Positions 63,720-64,000 of a stretch of DNA of 64,000 nt are shown here, piece after piece (position 1 is the stretch's first letter; each line of letters begins with the position of its first letter). The translations under genes and the position numbers were made by a program. Below the pieces are notes generated by a model. The model did not search any database and was not told where the DNA came from. It saw only the letters and a program-made list of their open reading frames with translations. Source of the DNA: an uncultured Eubacteriales bacterium. Its GTDB lineage: Bacteria; Bacillota; Sulfobacillia; Fermentithermobacillales; Fermentithermobacillaceae. The stretch lies in contig CAYORX010000008.1 in NCBI GenBank assembly GCA_964406505.1, positions 859-64,858 of the forward strand, written 5' to 3'.

Positions 63720-64000
63720 ATGAAAATCGACAGAGATACTTTTTCAAGAACGTTAAAAGATGAACTATCCAGAATTAAAATAATTGATCTTAAACAAGCT
63801 TATTGGGAAAAATATGCACTCACAAAGCTCATTAGCGCTAAAAACATCCGAAACAGACAGAAAACGCCTAAACGAAAATCAAATTTGAAACCATACCTGC
63901 TTCGCAGACTCTTTTATTTGAACAAGGCTGTTCCTGACACCTTTGAACATAAAAATCCAAACCTAAACATTGTAGAAATTGGCAGTGAGGGCCGTAAAGG
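63720..64000 (+). CDS. whiA: Probable WhiA-family sporulation/cell-division regulator, N-terminal part (runs off the window end)
   Basis: The reading frame from the ATG at 63720 is open to the window end (MKIDRDTFSRTLKDELSRIKIID...). The F..(T/V)K.EL.R start and the conserved rapZ-yvcK-whiA synteny support the call. Sequence similarity is modest. Confidence 0.55.
   Translation, partial: MKIDRDTFSRTLKDELSRIKIIDLKQAYWEKYALTKLISAKNIRNRQKTPKRKSNLKPYLLRRLFYLNKAVPDTFEHKNPNLNIVEIGSEGRK

Noticed and set aside
1-64000. CRISPR arrays, IS elements or transposases, prophage genes, rRNA/tRNA genes
   Set aside because: I noticed no direct-repeat/spacer periodicity, no transposase- or integrase-like translation in the ORF track, and no cloverleaf-like sequence in the intergenic gaps, all but one of which are about 200 bp or shorter. 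A tRNAscan/Infernal run would be the definitive check.

Overview
This is a 64-kb bacterial chromosomal window with low to moderate GC content. It is densely coding, with about 66 CDS, and roughly 85% of them lie on the minus strand in long co-directional runs. Most of the content is recognisable housekeeping with a Clostridia/Firmicutes-like gene order. The phylum cannot be fixed from this window alone.

Recognisable blocks, in order:
- murB, gatCAB, ligA, pcrA
- an XPB-type helicase plus its partner gene
- the cell-shape and division block: maf, radC, mreBCD, PBP2, minCDE, rodA
- apbE and an rnfC-D-E-A-B operon with no rnfG
- rpoN
- an Rrf2-nifS-nifU operon
- three tandem M42 peptidases
- the t6A genes tsaD, tsaB and tsaE with rimI
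- pyrF and a family-4 UDG
- mazEF, nnr, acpS
- cdaA-cdaR-glmM
- rapZ-yvcK-whiA

I saw no rRNA, tRNA, CRISPR array, IS element or transposase.

The part that housekeeping does not explain is 43.8-51.4 kb. It holds a tandemly duplicated two-gene module. Each copy pairs a long GlmL/MutL-family actin-fold ATPase with an unrecognised multi-domain partner protein. Two small membrane-type proteins accompany the modules, and no B12 mutase 'client' gene occurs anywhere in the window.

Other points worth a second look:
- The XPB partner gene ends in a domain homologous to the XPB N-terminal domain, a p52/Tfb2-like arrangement.
- The rnf operon lacks rnfG.
- An HprK-like P-loop/Asp23 fusion is co-transcribed with rpoN.
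- Three conserved genes (rodA, radC, the Rrf2 regulator) have conserved N-termini that lie upstream of any ATG/GTG/TTG codon. This implies ATT or CTG initiation.
- A roughly 0.5-kb ORF-poor gap sits where glmS would be expected.

All functional calls come from reading motifs in the supplied translations. No database search was run.
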